DNA of 64,000 nucleotides, from positions 21,204 to 85,203 of the forward strand of contig JAXMAA010000002.1 of assembly GCA_046350615.1 (NCBI GenBank). The letters run 5' to 3'. Of this stretch, positions 34,526 through 43,403 are shown one piece after another. Under the pieces are notes generated by a model, which worked only from the letters and a program-made list of their open reading frames with translations, was not told the origin of the DNA and did no database searches. Position numbers and translations under genes: made by a program. The DNA comes from Candidatus Saccharimonadales bacterium. Lineage in GTDB: Bacteria; Patescibacteriota; Saccharimonadia; Saccharimonadales; UBA7683. The stretch's first letter is position 1. Each line of letters begins with the position of its first letter.

Positions 34526-36565
34526 CTATCGTTGATATTTGCACACCATGTAGGCTGTAAGAGTAAGGAGGGGAATGCCAATAACGGCTGAGCCAACCAA
34601 GGTCTGCTGTTTCGGTAATCGAATGCCTGTCTGGGGTGCCCCGGGTGCTTGTTTACTGTTAGGATTTGACGTCATTGTTGTGGTGAAATTTTCATCTACA
34701 CTACTATTGGACGGAGTGGCTGAGTTATTGGTATCGTCGTCATCGGTATCGTCAGGCCCCTGATTCTGCTCGGGTGTTAGTGTAATATTGGCAAGTGCAG
34801 TTCGGGCGCTGAGGTTGCTAAAGCTATCAACCGCTTCAATTTCATACAGAAGATCAATTGGTTCGCTGCCATTGTACGTATCGCTGATGCTTCGCTGATT
34901 TGGAGCTAGGCTTTGAATGAACGAACCGTTTCGATAGACACGGTAGCCTGCAACAACACTTGTTGGGTCCGTGCTTGCATCCCACGAAAGCGTAACTGTC
35001 ATGCCATGAACCTCGCTGGCAGCGTTCGGTGGTGCGCTTGGGGCGATACAGTCATCTGGGTCCACGAACTTTACTTCATAAGCGCTAAGGGTAATAGGAT
35101 CACATCCGTTAATAATGGCACTCTCCGAGCTGTTTTGCTTATTGATGAGCATGGTACCTTCGCTATTGGCAAAAACTCCCACTTTTGTTGTATCAAACTG
35201 TGGTGCATAGAGCGTGGCATTAGACCCAAACGTTTCTTTTATACCTTTAAGAACTGGAGCCAAAGCCGACGGCTGGCCTTGCTGCGCGCTATTAGAACAA
35301 TCCTCGTTATTAACACTGGTTGAGAGCGCAATAAGGCCTGCGCTATCAAGCGGGTCGCAACTATCTGCCATTAAATCCCATAACAAAACGTAGTTATATT
35401 TATTAATGATCGTATCGCCAAGTGCATTTGCAATGATTGCCGCCGCGTGTTGCTGAGTGAAGCTGCCGCTACTCGCCTTCGGGTAGTATTCCGCAATTCC
35501 TATAGGCAGAAGTTGATCTGGGGCAGCCGTGATAACAGTATCGAGACAGGCGCGTAGATCATCAGTTCGCTCCTTGGTCTGAAATTCTTGAAAACCCGGA
35601 TTAGTATCGCGGTTGGTAGTTGAGCCGTCAATCAAAATATAATCAGCACCGGTTTTATGCTGCAACCAATAATCAATAACATCAATATCTCGCTGGTCAA
35701 ATATGCCCCAAGAACCTTGGCAAGCCGGATTAGTTGCCGGATGTGAGGCAGCACCAGAGCTGCTCCACGAACTCATAACAACATACGGGCCGCCAAGTTT
35801 TGCGTCAGGACGAGCGGCTTTAACGGCAGAGTACACTTTATTGTAAAGGCTGGTATATTGCTCATAATCCCAGCGGTTGGGACCGGAAAGATAATATCCC
35901 TTCATCTCATTCCACACCTGGAAGGTTTTGACATCGGGATACCGTTCGGCAACAGCTGCTGCCATAAAGGCAAAATCATCTTCAAACCATGGATCAACCG
36001 AAGCGTCAATAGTATCGAGAGTTATCGAGTCGTCATTAGCTGCCGGGTTAGCTGTGTATTTTGAATTCGGGTTGCCAGAGCTGGCTCCCGGATAATCAGT
36101 CCAATCCGCATATGCAGGGTAACTCGGGCTCGTTTTTGCCTGATGAGTGGTCATCCAGGCCGGTGCCATACCAAGTGTGATTACAATATCTGCACCGCCT
36201 GCACCACTGGCGAGGCGCATGGTGTCGATCTTGGCATCGAGCGAATCCCAGTCCCAGTTATCGGGGTTACGCTCGGTCGGGTCTGTCCAAAGCGCTGTGG
36301 AGCCAAAAGCGATAACATGCTGATTTTGAAGCGTTATAGAATCTTTAGTGATATCGGCAATTTTTTGTTGCGAGGCGCTATCGACATATTCTGAGCCCTT
36401 CAACTTGTATGATTCACCTATTTTAAATGCATGGGAGCCCTGGGGGTCGGCATAATTGATTGTAATTGTCGCTTCTGCCTGTGTTGGCAGGCAGCGAACG
36501 GCCATAGCGGTTATTACCACAAAAACCACTACTATTCGCCGTATCGCACTTTTTCGTTTTTTCAT
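34526..36565 (-). CDS. secreted glycoside hydrolase-like (clan GH-A TIM barrel) protein with FN3 domain and C-terminal anchor
   Basis: The start was set at ATG 36565 (MKKRKSAIRR.. signal). It has a VWNEMKGYY (WNE) motif and FN3 ..VTLSWDASTDPTSVVAGYRVYRNG... The C-terminus has APQTG, a TM helix and KYQR. Confidence 0.55.
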   Translation of the reverse strand: MKKRKSAIRRIVVVFVVITAMAVRCLPTQAEATITINYADPQGSHAFKIGESYKLKGSEYVDSASQQKIADITKDSITLQNQHVIAFGSTALWTDPTERNPDNWDWDSLDAKIDTMRLASGAGGADIVITLGMAPAWMTTHQAKTSPSYPAYADWTDYPGASSGNPNSKYTANPAANDDSITLDTIDASVDPWFEDDFAFMAAAVAERYPDVKTFQVWNEMKGYYLSGPNRWDYEQYTSLYNKVYSAVKAARPDAKLGGPYVVMSSWSSSGAASHPATNPACQGSWGIFDQRDIDVIDYWLQHKTGADYILIDGSTTNRDTNPGFQEFQTKERTDDLRACLDTVITAAPDQLLPIGIAEYYPKASSGSFTQQHAAAIIANALGDTIINKYNYVLLWDLMADSCDPLDSAGLIALSTSVNNEDCSNSAQQGQPSALAPVLKGIKETFGSNATLYAPQFDTTKVGVFANSEGTMLINKQNSSESAIINGCDPITLSAYEVKFVDPDDCIAPSAPPNAASEVHGMTVTLSWDASTDPTSVVAGYRVYRNGSFIQSLAPNQRSISDTYNGSEPIDLLYEIEAVDSFSNLSARTALANITLTPEQNQGPDDTDDDDTNNSATPSNSSVDENFTTTMTSNPNSKQAPGAPQTGIRLPKQQTLVGSAVIGIPLLTLTAYMVCKYQR

Positions 36566-36770
36566 GTTTATTTTACGTTTACAGGAGTAAGTATACAAAG
36601 CATAAGAGAAAAAAGCAAATAGATCTAAGATATCAGTTCTTGAACCTTACAGTAGAGGGCCTTTATGTCTCTAATCTTGAGCATAGTTGATGGCTCTATG
36701 CGGAGCAGAGTAGAGTCTAATAAACACAGCACCTCGTCCCCAGTGCTAAACCTCTAATTCTTCCCCGTAG

Positions 36771-36818
36771 CGAGCAAAGCAATAAATCAAGTATAGCAAT
36801 AAACATAAGCTTTGTCAA
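36771..36818 (-). repeat. 48-nt repeat carrying a consensus promoter (copy 2)
   Basis: On the minus strand it reads TTGACA-17 nt-TGcTATACT. It points toward the glycosidase gene about 200 nt away. Confidence 0.75.
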
Positions 36819-36859
36819 ATATTACAAACCCCAATCACAAAACAAATACCCCCTTACTT

Positions 36860-36928
36860 GTCATCCTGAACTTGTTTCAGGATCTGGGTTTGGTACTCGG
36901 TTGGATCCTGAAGCAAGTTCAGGATGAC
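36860..36928. repeat. two inverted GTCATCCTGAAC... repeat copies
   Basis: 36860-36885 is GTCATCCTGAACTTGTTTCAGGATCT. The reverse complement of 36903-36928 is GTCATCCTGAACTTGCTTCAGGATCC. Confidence 0.8.
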
Positions 36929-37007
36929 GGAGGAGAGGTTTTGTGCCAACCGAGAATAGATCTCTCCATTTCGGTCGGGGTGAATTAATAAGGTTTGGTG
37001 TTTGGGT

Positions 37008-37034
37008 TTAGCACTCTTGTGCTTTTAGTGCTAA
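37008..37034. promoter_or_regulatory. CIRCE operator (HrcA site) upstream of hrcA
   Basis: TTAGCACTC-N9-TAGTGCTAA against the consensus TTAGCACTC-N9-GAGTGCTAA. A TATACT -10 box follows at 37041-37046. Confidence 0.85.
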
Positions 37035-37056
37035 AAACTGTATACTAGTGGGAGTT

Positions 37057-37761
37057 ATGACAGATCGTCAGGTCAAAATTCTAGAGACAATTATTGAGCA
37101 ATATGCTGAAGTTGCTGCTCCTGTGGGCAGTGTTTTGCTTGCTCGGTTATTTAATGTTTCGAGTGCGACTATTCGTAACGAGATGGCCGAACTCGAACGA
37201 CATGGCTATATTCGCCAACCACATACTTCAGCTGGCCGTATCCCAACTGACAAGGGCTATCGTTTTTATGTAAATAACCTTCGTGATGATGACCAGCCGC
37301 ATACCTCTCAAGCTACGCGCAATACCAGAGCAATCGCTACCCGTGTTTCGCACTCTGGTGAACCTGCTCAGGCCATAAAGAGCGCTGTTGATAGTCTGGT
37401 ACAGCTCACGCACAATCTGGGCCTGGCAACAATCGGCAATCAGTTGTATGTCGCCGGGTATTCAAACCTGTTTGGGCAGCCTGAGTTTTTGGATCCGGCT
37501 CATTCCCGCGAGGTTGCACGTCTTCTGGATAATCTGGAGCCATGGCTTAAAGAAGCTGCTCCAAACGAAGCACTGAATGTTTATATTGGTCGTGAAAATC
37601 CCATTGGCCGTGCAGCAGGTGTCAGCTTGATTATTTCAAAGTATCGCAGTCCGTATTCCGACAGCAGCTACATCGGCATTTTAGGCCCGACCAGACAAAG
37701 CTATCGTAGCGTTATGGGCTTAGTGGAGCAAACCGGACGGACATTGGAGGCAGTGCTATGA
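37057..37761 (+). CDS. hrcA: heat-inducible transcription repressor HrcA (short form)
   Basis: N-terminal wHTH ..VGSVLLARLFNVSSATIRNEMAELE..GYI.QPHTSAGRIPTDKGYRFYV and a C-terminal ..GPTRQSYRSVMGLV... ATG 37057 is preferred because GTG 37048 abuts the -10 box. At 234 aa it is shorter than the usual ~340. Confidence 0.85.
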   Translation: MTDRQVKILETIIEQYAEVAAPVGSVLLARLFNVSSATIRNEMAELERHGYIRQPHTSAGRIPTDKGYRFYVNNLRDDDQPHTSQATRNTRAIATRVSHSGEPAQAIKSAVDSLVQLTHNLGLATIGNQLYVAGYSNLFGQPEFLDPAHSREVARLLDNLEPWLKEAAPNEALNVYIGRENPIGRAAGVSLIISKYRSPYSDSSYIGILGPTRQSYRSVMGLVEQTGRTLEAVL

Positions 37762-38261
37762 GCAGAGCAAAAGACAAGAGGCAAGAGAAGGAAGACAAAA
37801 GTGCGCACCCGCCAAAGTCAGGCGTCAAACGTTCAACGCCTCAAGAAGAAGAGCTCAGAGCTGATTTACAACGAATACAGGCCGAGTTTATCAATTACAA
37901 AACTAGAGTAGAAAACGAAAAAGCGACATTATCACAATTTTCTAAAGCACAAACTATCAAAGATTTACTGCCAATTATTGATGATCTCGAACGCGCCCTT
38001 GGCCATCTTCCTGATGATCTGAGAGAGAACAAATGGGCACTCGGCGTTCGTAGCGTGTATGATCGCTTGCAAAAGCAGCTCGAGAAGCTTGGTGTTACCC
38101 AAATCCAGGCGTTAAATCAACCATTTGACCATAATCTTCACGAAGCCGTACAGGTTGAGGGCGAGGGCGAAACGCAAATCGTTAGCGAAGTACTGCAAAA
38201 TGGTTACCAGCTAGGCGATCAAATCATCCGCCATGCAGTTGTGAAAGTGAAAAACAGCTAG
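37758..38261 (+). CDS. grpE: nucleotide exchange factor GrpE
   Basis: ..FINYKTR.. and ..LLPIIDDLERAL.. motifs. It has an ATGA overlap with hrcA. Confidence 0.9.
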   Translation: MSRAKDKRQEKEDKSAHPPKSGVKRSTPQEEELRADLQRIQAEFINYKTRVENEKATLSQFSKAQTIKDLLPIIDDLERALGHLPDDLRENKWALGVRSVYDRLQKQLEKLGVTQIQALNQPFDHNLHEAVQVEGEGETQIVSEVLQNGYQLGDQIIRHAVVKVKNS

Positions 38262-38522
38262 ATGCCAAGTTTGAGAAGAGGAATGCATTCGCCGGAGTGT
38301 CCACTTAAGGAATACTCTTTACCGTTCAGCAATGAGGCAATTGCAGAAGCGACAGCCGATACAGCTCGTGCAGTTGCTCACTATGCCGGCTTTGAGGAAG
38401 AGGTGCCGGTAGGGGATCCAGAGCTTCAACAAAAAGCCAGCCGGTGTGCTCAAGCTATACTTGATGGCAAGTGTCCGCTTTGGGAGGCGACCAGCGGCGG
38501 TTTTGTATTTAAGTCTAAGTAG
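38262..38522 (+). CDS. small Cys-containing hypothetical protein
   Basis: 86 aa. The ATG directly abuts the grpE stop. It has three Cys (CPLKEY, RCAQ, GKCPLWE). Confidence 0.4.
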   Translation: MPSLRRGMHSPECPLKEYSLPFSNEAIAEATADTARAVAHYAGFEEEVPVGDPELQQKASRCAQAILDGKCPLWEATSGGFVFKSK

Positions 38523-38592
38523 GTGTGCTAAATATCACAGTTTATTTTGTCAGTTAAGGTATCGTGAGAACACTTAAGGTAGGAGATATTTC

Positions 38593-38805
38593 ATGCAACT
38601 TGAACCACAACCTTTAACTGATGAAGTTGAATCCTTTGAAGTCGAACCGGGCGCCGATGAAAGGAGTGCACGACAGCGACACCCAATTGGGGCTGGAGAC
38701 GGTGGCCTTACACAAGCAGATATGATTAGGGCCTCCGAAAGGAATAGGGCTCGCGTTCCGTCGGAACTAGGAGGTGCTGCAATCGGGGCTTCTCTCGCAG
38801 TTTAG
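38593..38805 (+). CDS. small hypothetical protein (likely disordered)
   Basis: 70 aa with an SD AGGAG 8 nt upstream. Confidence 0.35.
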   Translation: MQLEPQPLTDEVESFEVEPGADERSARQRHPIGAGDGGLTQADMIRASERNRARVPSELGGAAIGASLAV

Positions 38806-38826
38806 TAAATCTCACAGGATAATTAA

Positions 38827-38853
38827 TTAGCACTCTTGACTTGTGAGTGCTAA
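38827..38853. promoter_or_regulatory. CIRCE operator (perfect) upstream of dnaK
   Basis: TTAGCACTC ttgacttgt GAGTGCTAA. A TAGAAT -10 box lies just downstream. Confidence 0.9.
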
Positions 38854-38874
38854 TTTTTGTATGCTAGAATAGTA

Positions 38875-38901
38875 TTAGCACAGTCGTAACTGGACTGCTA
38901 A
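38875..38901. promoter_or_regulatory. second, degenerate CIRCE-like inverted repeat
   Basis: TTAGCACAG tcgtaactg GACTGCTAA, with half-sites matching 7/9 and 8/9. Confidence 0.55.
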
Positions 38902-38974
38902 ATGTAATTGATAAGTATTGAAGCTCTCAGATCTAAGAACCAAGATCTACCCGGAGCGACAAAAAGGAGCAAAA

Positions 38975-40924
38975 ATGGGCAAAATTATCGGAATTGACTT
39001 AGGAACAACTAACTCAGCAGTGGCCGTTATTCAGGCTGGTACGCCAGATATTATTACTAACGCGGAAGGTAATCGTACTACCCCAAGCGTTGTGGCGATT
39101 AAAAAAGATAAGAACGGAAAAGAAGAGCGTTTAGTGGGCGCAACGGCTAATCGTCAGCGCGTTACCAATCCTGAAAACACCATTTTCGGCGTAAAGCGCC
39201 TCATTGGCCGCAAGTATTCAGATAAAGAAGTCCAAAAAGATATTGATATCATGCCGTACAAAATTGTGAAAAAAGGCAATGGCGTTGGTGTAACCATGGC
39301 AGGTAAAGACTATACACCAGAAGAGGTTTCAGCTATGATTTTAAGTAAAATCAAAGCAGACGCTGAGGCTTTCTTGGGTGAAAAAGTGAACGAGGCCGTC
39401 ATTACCGTCCCCGCTTATTTTGACGACAGCCAACGTCAGGCCACCAAAGATGCCGGTAAAATTGCCGGTCTTGAGGTTAAGCGTATTATTAACGAACCAA
39501 CGGCAGCAGCTCTTGCCTACGGTCTTGATAAAAAAGCAAAAGACGAAACCGTTGTGGTGTTCGACCTTGGTGGTGGTACGTTTGATGTTTCGGTGCTTGA
39601 ACTTGGTGACGGCGTTTTTGAGGTGAAGTCCACTCACGGTGATACGCATCTTGGTGGCGAAGATTTTGATAACGCGATCGTAAATCACTTCTTAGACGAA
39701 ATTAAGAAGGAGCACAGTAAAGACCTGCGTGAAAACGCCATGGCGATGCAGCGGCTGAAGGAAGAGGCGGAGAAAGCCAAAAAGGAACTCTCAAGCGCTC
39801 AGACTGCTGAAATCAACTTACCATTCTTAGACCAAGGCGAAGATGGCCCAATCAATTTTGAATACACCCTTACTCGCGCCAAGCTTGAAGATCTAGTAAA
39901 AGACTTTATTGAACGGACAGCTAAACCGTGCGAACAAGCATTGAAAGACGCTAAAATTACTGCCAAAGATGTTGATGAAGTCATTTTGGTCGGCGGTATG
40001 ACGCGTATGCCGGCTGTCATAGAAAAAGTGAAGTCAATCTTCGGTAAAGAGCCGATGCAGGGTGTAAACCCAGATGAAGTTGTAGCAATTGGTGCAGCCA
40101 TTCAAGGCGGCGTATTGGCCGGTGATGTCAAAGATGTCTTGCTACTTGATGTTACGCCGCTTTCACTCGGTATTGAGACCATGGGATCGGTAACCACTAA
40201 GCTGATTGAGCGAAACACCACCATCCCAACCTCAAAAAGCGAAGTCTTCTCAACCGCTGCAGATAATCAGCCGCAGGTAGAAATTCACGTGCTACAGGGT
40301 GAGCGTGAAATGTCAGCCGATAACAAATCACTTGGTCGCTTTGTGCTGGATGGTATTGCGCCAGCGCCACGAGGCGTGCCGCAAATCGAAGTTACCTTTA
40401 ACCTCGATGCCAACGGTATTTTGAATGTAACCGCTAAAGATAAGGGCACTGGCAAAGAGCAATCCATCACTATTCAGAACTCCGGGAACCTCAGCAAAGA
40501 GGATGTCGAAAAAGCCCAAAAAGATGCCGAAGCTCATGCTGAAGAAGATAAAAAGAAGCGCGAAGCAGTAGAGGCTAAAAACTTACTCGAAAACTCCATT
40601 TATCAGGCTAAAAAGATGCCCGATGAGTACAAAGACAAGATCTCCGAAGATGACAAAAAAGTGATTGAAGATGCCGTGAAAGAGGCTGAAGAGGCCTTGC
40701 AGTCTGACGATAAAGAGAAGATTGAGGCAGCCACCAAAGAGCTGATGGAGAAAATTCAGCCAATCGGTGCCAAAATGTACGAAGAATCTGCAAAAGAGGC
40801 AGAAGCCGAAAAAGACAGCGAGGAAAAAAGTTCCAAGGGTAAAAAAACAAAAACAACCATTAAAGAAGACGAAGCAGTAGAAGGCGAAGTCATCGAAGAA
40901 GATAAGAAAGATAACAGCAAATAG
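38975..40924 (+). CDS. dnaK: molecular chaperone DnaK
   Basis: GIDLGTTNS and DLGGGTFD motifs. The start is at ATG 38975, after SD AAGGAG. Confidence 0.97.
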   Translation: MGKIIGIDLGTTNSAVAVIQAGTPDIITNAEGNRTTPSVVAIKKDKNGKEERLVGATANRQRVTNPENTIFGVKRLIGRKYSDKEVQKDIDIMPYKIVKKGNGVGVTMAGKDYTPEEVSAMILSKIKADAEAFLGEKVNEAVITVPAYFDDSQRQATKDAGKIAGLEVKRIINEPTAAALAYGLDKKAKDETVVVFDLGGGTFDVSVLELGDGVFEVKSTHGDTHLGGEDFDNAIVNHFLDEIKKEHSKDLRENAMAMQRLKEEAEKAKKELSSAQTAEINLPFLDQGEDGPINFEYTLTRAKLEDLVKDFIERTAKPCEQALKDAKITAKDVDEVILVGGMTRMPAVIEKVKSIFGKEPMQGVNPDEVVAIGAAIQGGVLAGDVKDVLLLDVTPLSLGIETMGSVTTKLIERNTTIPTSKSEVFSTAADNQPQVEIHVLQGEREMSADNKSLGRFVLDGIAPAPRGVPQIEVTFNLDANGILNVTAKDKGTGKEQSITIQNSGNLSKEDVEKAQKDAEAHAEEDKKKREAVEAKNLLENSIYQAKKMPDEYKDKISEDDKKVIEDAVKEAEEALQSDDKEKIEAATKELMEKIQPIGAKMYEESAKEAEAEKDSEEKSSKGKKTKTTIKEDEAVEGEVIEEDKKDNSK

Positions 40925-40945
40925 ATAACAGGACCTCCTGTTTGT

Positions 40946-40972
40946 GTCATTCCCGCGCAGGCGGGAATCCAG
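40946..40972 (+). repeat. GTCATYC...GRATC repeat copy
   Basis: GTCATTCCCGCGCAGGCGGGAATCCAG, with 8-bp stem ATTCCCGC/GCGGGAAT. Confidence 0.75.
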
Positions 40973-41006
40973 TACAATAAAATCACCTAATTATATTGGA
41001 GGAGGG

Positions 41007-41405
41007 ATGTCCGGAGAAAAAGATCTAGCAATAATATTGCGGTCAATCGCGGTCTCTTGCGATGATAAAGAATACATCTACTGTGCAACAAATAGTTATG
41101 ATAAAGTAGCAGACCTACTTCCTGATTCTGTCGGGCTGTTCAAAGAAAATGAAGCGACAACCGTCATAATTTTAAAAGAGCTATTGCAGGATGACGACGT
41201 TCAAAGAAGTGGTAGCTATGCCAAGTTGACCATCGATGTACACACCTCGCTGGAGGCGGTTGGCTTAACTGCTGCTATGGCAAAGGTCCTTACTAAATAC
41301 GGTATATCAGCCAATGTGGTTGCGGCTTACTATCATGATCATATTTTTGTACCCTACGAATTAAAAGACCAAGCAATTAAAGCGTTAAGTAGTCTCGGGC
41401 GTTGA
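41007..41405 (+). CDS. ACT-domain-like small protein (ACT_7/CASTOR-like, tentative)
   Basis: The start was moved to ATG 41007 (GGAGGG SD). The longer call would translate the repeat element. The C-terminus ..VVAAYYHDHIFVP.. is typical of this family. Confidence 0.5.
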   Translation: MSGEKDLAIILRSIAVSCDDKEYIYCATNSYDKVADLLPDSVGLFKENEATTVIILKELLQDDDVQRSGSYAKLTIDVHTSLEAVGLTAAMAKVLTKYGISANVVAAYYHDHIFVPYELKDQAIKALSSLGR

Positions 41406-41427
41406 TACACTGTCGTATACTAGAATT

Positions 41428-42018
41428 ATGAAGACACTTACATTTAAGCAAATATTTCCGTGGATATTAGTAATCGGTGGTATCATCGGCCTCTTGGCAT
41501 CATCAATTTTAACAATCGAAAAGCTGCATGTGACAGCCAACCCGAATTATGTACCAAGCTGTTCAATTAGTCCAGTAGTAGCGTGCTCTCCCGTAATGAC
41601 CTCATGGCAGGCGAGTACCTTTGGCTTCCCGAATATGCTCATTGGTCTGGCTGGTTTTGCTATGGTCTGGGCCGTTGGTATGATGCTCTTTGCTGGTGTA
41701 AAAAACCTTAAAAAGTGGTTCTGGTGGTGCTTTCAAGTCGGCACATTGTTTGGAGTTTTATTTATCACATGGCTTCAGTATTCTTCCATCTATAATATTC
41801 AAAAACTCTGCATTTATTGCATGATTGTCTGGGCGGTAACGATTCCAATATTCTGGGCAACTACCTCTTATAATCTGCGTGAGAAAAATATTAAAATCAG
41901 CGGTGCGCTCGGCAGGTTTCTGCAAGAAAATCCCGGGAAACTAGTAGCGCTCCATTACCTAATTATAATCGTGCTCATTTTTACCCATTTTGCAGAATAT
42001 TTTCACACATTGATCTAG
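41428..42018 (+). CDS. vitamin K epoxide reductase (VKOR) family protein
   Basis: Multiple TM helices, loop Cys pair CSISPVVAC and active-site CIYC. Confidence 0.8.
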   Translation: MKTLTFKQIFPWILVIGGIIGLLASSILTIEKLHVTANPNYVPSCSISPVVACSPVMTSWQASTFGFPNMLIGLAGFAMVWAVGMMLFAGVKNLKKWFWWCFQVGTLFGVLFITWLQYSSIYNIQKLCIYCMIVWAVTIPIFWATTSYNLREKNIKISGALGRFLQENPGKLVALHYLIIIVLIFTHFAEYFHTLI

Positions 42019-42025
42019 AAAAGTA

Positions 42026-42052
42026 TTAGCACTCAACGCCTTAAAGTGCTAA
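42026..42052. promoter_or_regulatory. CIRCE operator immediately upstream of the LysE-family gene
   Basis: TTAGCACTC aacgcctta AAGTGCTAA (left half 9/9, right half 8/9). Confidence 0.75.
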
Positions 42053-42065
42053 AATGGAGTATATT

Positions 42066-42689
42066 ATGAAAGAGCTTCTACTTGTAGCAGGGATACACTT
42101 ACTTGCGGTGATGAGCCCCGGGCCAGATTTCGCAATGGTGCTCAGAAACTCAATCGTGTATTCGCGGCGAGTAGGTATTTTGGCCGCCATTGGACTGGGA
42201 CTTGGAATATTACTACACGTCACGTATTCGCTACTTGGCATTGGCCTTATTATTTCGCAGTCCATCTTGTTATTTAATAGTATCAAGCTACTTGGTGCGG
42301 CATACCTTATATACATTGGCCTGAGATCTCTATTTGCTAAAAAACAAGACGTTACGACTGAAGAGGTAAAGAAAAGCCGTAAAGACATCTCAGATTTTGC
42401 CGCCATCAAGCTGGGTTTTTTAACAAATGCGCTTAACCCAAAAGCAACTTTGTTTTTCTTGGCACTATTCACGCAAGTTATTAATCCTGAAACCAGCATG
42501 CTGTTAAAGGCATTCTATGGCTTGGAGATGTCGGTAGCAACATTCGTGTGGTTTTCGATAGTTGCAGTTCTGTTAACGCACCGACGAATTAACAAAATCT
42601 TCTCAGGCATTAAGCATCATCTCGAAAAGGTGTTTGGCGCAGTATTGATTGCACTCGGGATAAAAGTGGCACTAGGAGCACATAAGTAA
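42066..42689 (+). CDS. LysE/RhtB family amino-acid exporter
   Basis: The start is at ATG 42066 (GGAG 6 nt upstream). It has six TM helices and N-terminal ..MSPGPDF... Confidence 0.8.
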   Translation: MKELLLVAGIHLLAVMSPGPDFAMVLRNSIVYSRRVGILAAIGLGLGILLHVTYSLLGIGLIISQSILLFNSIKLLGAAYLIYIGLRSLFAKKQDVTTEEVKKSRKDISDFAAIKLGFLTNALNPKATLFFLALFTQVINPETSMLLKAFYGLEMSVATFVWFSIVAVLLTHRRINKIFSGIKHHLEKVFGAVLIALGIKVALGAHK

Positions 42690-42745
42690 AATGGTACACA
42701 CATTATTGACAAATACTGATGTTTTTGCTAGACTATTGGTACAGC

Positions 42746-42781
42746 ACCTCGCTTGGTCTTATGATCTCGCGAGGTTTTTTT
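42746..42781 (+). terminator. intrinsic terminator
   Basis: ACCTCGC ...16 nt... GCGAGGT followed by T7. Confidence 0.55.
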
Positions 42782-42794
42782 GTGGAGATGGCGT

Positions 42795-43403
42795 ATGAGA
42801 AGAATAGTATTGATTGATGGCGAGAACTTAACCTACGGTCTCAGAACACTACTGAGTACTGAAGATGAAAAGCTTCCTCGAAACAGTTTGAATACATATG
42901 ATTTCAGAGGCTTGACAGAAGAAGTTCTAGCAGATCAACTTCCAGGAGAAATATTATGGTTTGGTGCGCGCTTGCGGCAATACGCCGAAACACCAGAACT
43001 ACTCGAAAAAACAAATAATGCGATAAGACGGCAGTCATATTTCGTAAACCATGTTCAATCGCAAAAAATCACTTTTATTAAAGCTGGCTATCTCCGCCTT
43101 CGTGAAACCGATCCTTGCTCTCAATGTCAGAACAAGGAGTGGAAATTTATAGAAAAAGGCGTGGATGTTGGTCTGGCGGTACGAATGTTGGCCGAAGCTC
43201 ATGAAGACACGGAAATAATTATAGTAAGTGCTGACACTGATCTGGTGCCAGCCGTCCGTGCATCGAAGAAACTAGGCGCAAAAATAATGTTTGTAGGTTA
43301 CGAATATAGACCAATAAGTGCGCTTTCGAGTATCGCTGATAGCACGAGAGTCATTACAATTCCGATAGCAAGAAGGTTCTTGCAGGAGGGTTTGGATGAG
43401 TAA
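42795..43403 (+). CDS. NYN domain (LabA-like) protein
   Basis: ..RIVLIDGENL.. and ..EKGVDVGLAV..IIIVSADTDLVPAV... Its end overlaps dnaJ by 8 nt. Confidence 0.75.
   Translation: MRRIVLIDGENLTYGLRTLLSTEDEKLPRNSLNTYDFRGLTEEVLADQLPGEILWFGARLRQYAETPELLEKTNNAIRRQSYFVNHVQSQKITFIKAGYLRLRETDPCSQCQNKEWKFIEKGVDVGLAVRMLAEAHEDTEIIIVSADTDLVPAVRASKKLGAKIMFVGYEYRPISALSSIADSTRVITIPIARRFLQEGLDE

Noticed and set aside
36723-36749. Possible extra CIRCE (..ACAGCACCTCGTCCCCAGTGCTAA)
   Set aside because: Only the right half-site (CAGTGCTAA) is good. The left half matches about 5/9 and the spacing is wrong.
40944-41006. GTG-started N-terminal extension MSFPRRRESSTIKSPNYIGGG of the ACT-like gene
   Set aside because: It is the translation of the GTCATTCCCGCGCAGGCGGGAATCC hairpin repeat. 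A GGAGGG SD precedes the internal ATG at 41007.
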